Source of the DNA: Minisyncoccota bacterium
Lineage (GTDB): Bacteria > Patescibacteriota > Minisyncoccia > Phycocordibacterales > UBA2100
DNA: 64,000 nucleotides
Direction: 5' to 3'
Assembly: GCA_035559235.1 (NCBI GenBank)
Contig: DATMBM010000004.1
Coordinates: 4,684 to 68,683, forward strand
Translations under genes and position numbers: made by a program
Shown here: one piece after another, positions 62,793 to 64,000 of the stretch
How positions within the stretch are numbered: position 1 is the first letter of the stretch
Layout of the letters: each line of letters begins with the position of its first letter
The notes under the pieces: model-generated
Seen by the model: the letters and a program-made list of their open reading frames with translations, nothing else
The model's database searches: none
What the model was told of the DNA's origin: nothing

Positions 62793-63175
62793 AATCCATA
62801 CGGGCAGTACGCGCGAAAATATTCACTCTCATGATTCTTGCGTGGGCTGCGATGCTGCCAGCTTTCGCGATCGCGCAGACGACGAACTGCGGCGCCGGGC
62901 AGAAATGCCTGCAAAATCCACTGCGCTTTCCAAGTATCGAGCAATTCATTCAGGGCGTCCTGCAAGCGATTGTTATGATTGCACTACCCATCATCACGAT
63001 TTTTATTGTCTATGCGGGGTTCAAATATATTTCAGCACGTGGCAATCCCAGCAAAATCGGCGATGCACATAGGAATTTCATGTACGTTGCTATCGGCGCG
63101 GCGCTTATCCTCGGCGCCTGGGTGTTAGCAACTCTCATCGGCGGAACGGTGACGCAGCTCCTCGGCGGCAAGTAA
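62789..63175 (+). CDS. TrbC/VirB2-like pilin
   Basis: Signal peptide, LQNPL, IVYAGFKYISARGNPSKI...IGAALIL. Confidence 0.8.
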   Translation: MKSIRAVRAKIFTLMILAWAAMLPAFAIAQTTNCGAGQKCLQNPLRFPSIEQFIQGVLQAIVMIALPIITIFIVYAGFKYISARGNPSKIGDAHRNFMYVAIGAALILGAWVLATLIGGTVTQLLGGK

Positions 63176-63177
63176 GT

Positions 63178-63552
63178 ATGGTACGCGCACTCGCTGTTGC
63201 CGTGATGTTTCTGCCGACGGTTGTGACAGCGGCTCCGCGGACGTTCGACCAGCTGATCGACCTCATCATCAGGCTCTTGAACGCCGGGATCGGGATCACG
63301 CTCATCCTCGGTATCGTCATCTATTTTTACGGTGTTGCGACATCGATCCCAAAGTTTAGGACTGACGATTCCGAGCGTCTGCGCGCTCACTTCGTCTGGG
63401 GGCTTTTGGCGCTTTTTGTCATGTTCAGCGTCTGGGGGATTCTTGCGCTCGTGCGCAATACGCTGTTTGCCGGCGGCGGGTACACGTTTAACAATAGCAC
63501 GACGGTGGTATGCGAAGGATCGTTTGAAGACTGCGTCTACGGCCAATTTTAA
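63178..63552 (+). CDS. VirB2-like pilin paralog
   Basis: IYFYGV...WGLLALFVMFSVWGIL. Confidence 0.75.
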   Translation: MVRALAVAVMFLPTVVTAAPRTFDQLIDLIIRLLNAGIGITLILGIVIYFYGVATSIPKFRTDDSERLRAHFVWGLLALFVMFSVWGILALVRNTLFAGGGYTFNNSTTVVCEGSFEDCVYGQF

Positions 63553-63554
63553 AT

Positions 63555-63761
63555 ATGACTGACCAGATGGAGGTTTTGCTCTACGCGCTTATCGGCATTT
63601 TCGGGGCGCTTTCGGTCATCGTCTTTCTTTGGGGTTTTGTCGTCTATCTTGCTCGGCTTGGGACAGAGCGGCGCGTCCTCGGTATACGCATCATGGAATG
63701 GGGGGTCGCACTCATCCTGACGGCGATCGCCCTGATTGGCGTACTTCGCTTTTTCGAATAA
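63555..63761 (+). CDS. Small pilin-like 2-TM protein
   Basis: VFLWGFVVY...MEWGV. Confidence 0.65.
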   Translation: MTDQMEVLLYALIGIFGALSVIVFLWGFVVYLARLGTERRVLGIRIMEWGVALILTAIALIGVLRFFE

Positions 63762-63859
63762 CAAAGATATCCACATCTCGCACGGGGAAGCATTGCGGCG
63801 GCGGCCGGGCGCGGTACGATTACGCTATACTTAACGGGCAACCTAAGAGGACCTTACCT

Positions 63860-64000
63860 ATGCAATCGCGATCCATCGTTTCCGCTTCGGCACTCGGTGC
63901 AGGTGTCATGCTTTTGCCGTACTTGGCTTCAGCCCAGACGCTTCTCAATACCCTGGCGCTTGTCTCTACGTTCCTCAATTCGCTCGTATATCTCTTCATC
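63860..64000 (+). CDS. Probable pilin-like protein (3'-truncated)
   Basis: AGAGGA RBS; MQSRSIVSASALGAGVMLLPYLASAQTLL signal peptide. Confidence 0.6.
   Translation, partial: MQSRSIVSASALGAGVMLLPYLASAQTLLNTLALVSTFLNSLVYLFI

Overview
Chromosomal window from a Patescibacteria/CPR (Parcubacteria-like) genome. The taxonomy is inferred from gene content: VirB2-like pilin array, divergent bS21, compact RNase P RNA, secreted TGDA-repeat proteins and few biosynthetic genes. Standard code 11 appears to be used (TGA ends dnaG and gyrA). Housekeeping genes: fused rpoB-rpoC (5'-truncated), dnaG, rpoD, hisS, murJ, lepA, ftsB-like, rnpB, tRNA-Glu, tRNA-Ser, trxB-like, ftsZ, ftsA, ybeY, rpsU-like, lepB, pth, rpsA and gyrA, mixed with redox and envelope genes. 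Main observations: (1) a TAnnnT -10 box lies 6-8 nt before the start codon of about 25 genes, implying pervasive leaderless mRNAs; (2) a four-gene cluster of secreted Gly-rich proteins (three with a TGDA repeat) around a ~340-nt highly structured leader, a candidate surface fibre system; (3) a two-copy noncoding element with conserved core and covarying terminal stems, downstream of ftsA and rpsA; (4) both tRNAs are followed by elements with antisense and sense copies of their own 3' ends; (5) an orphan promoter-to-terminator ncRNA candidate upstream of rpsA; (6) a divergent pair of carbonic-anhydrase-like genes, one CsoSCA-like, with no carboxysome genes in the window; (7) an in-frame palindromic insertion in dnaG. 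All calls come from reading the sequence by eye; no database searches were run.
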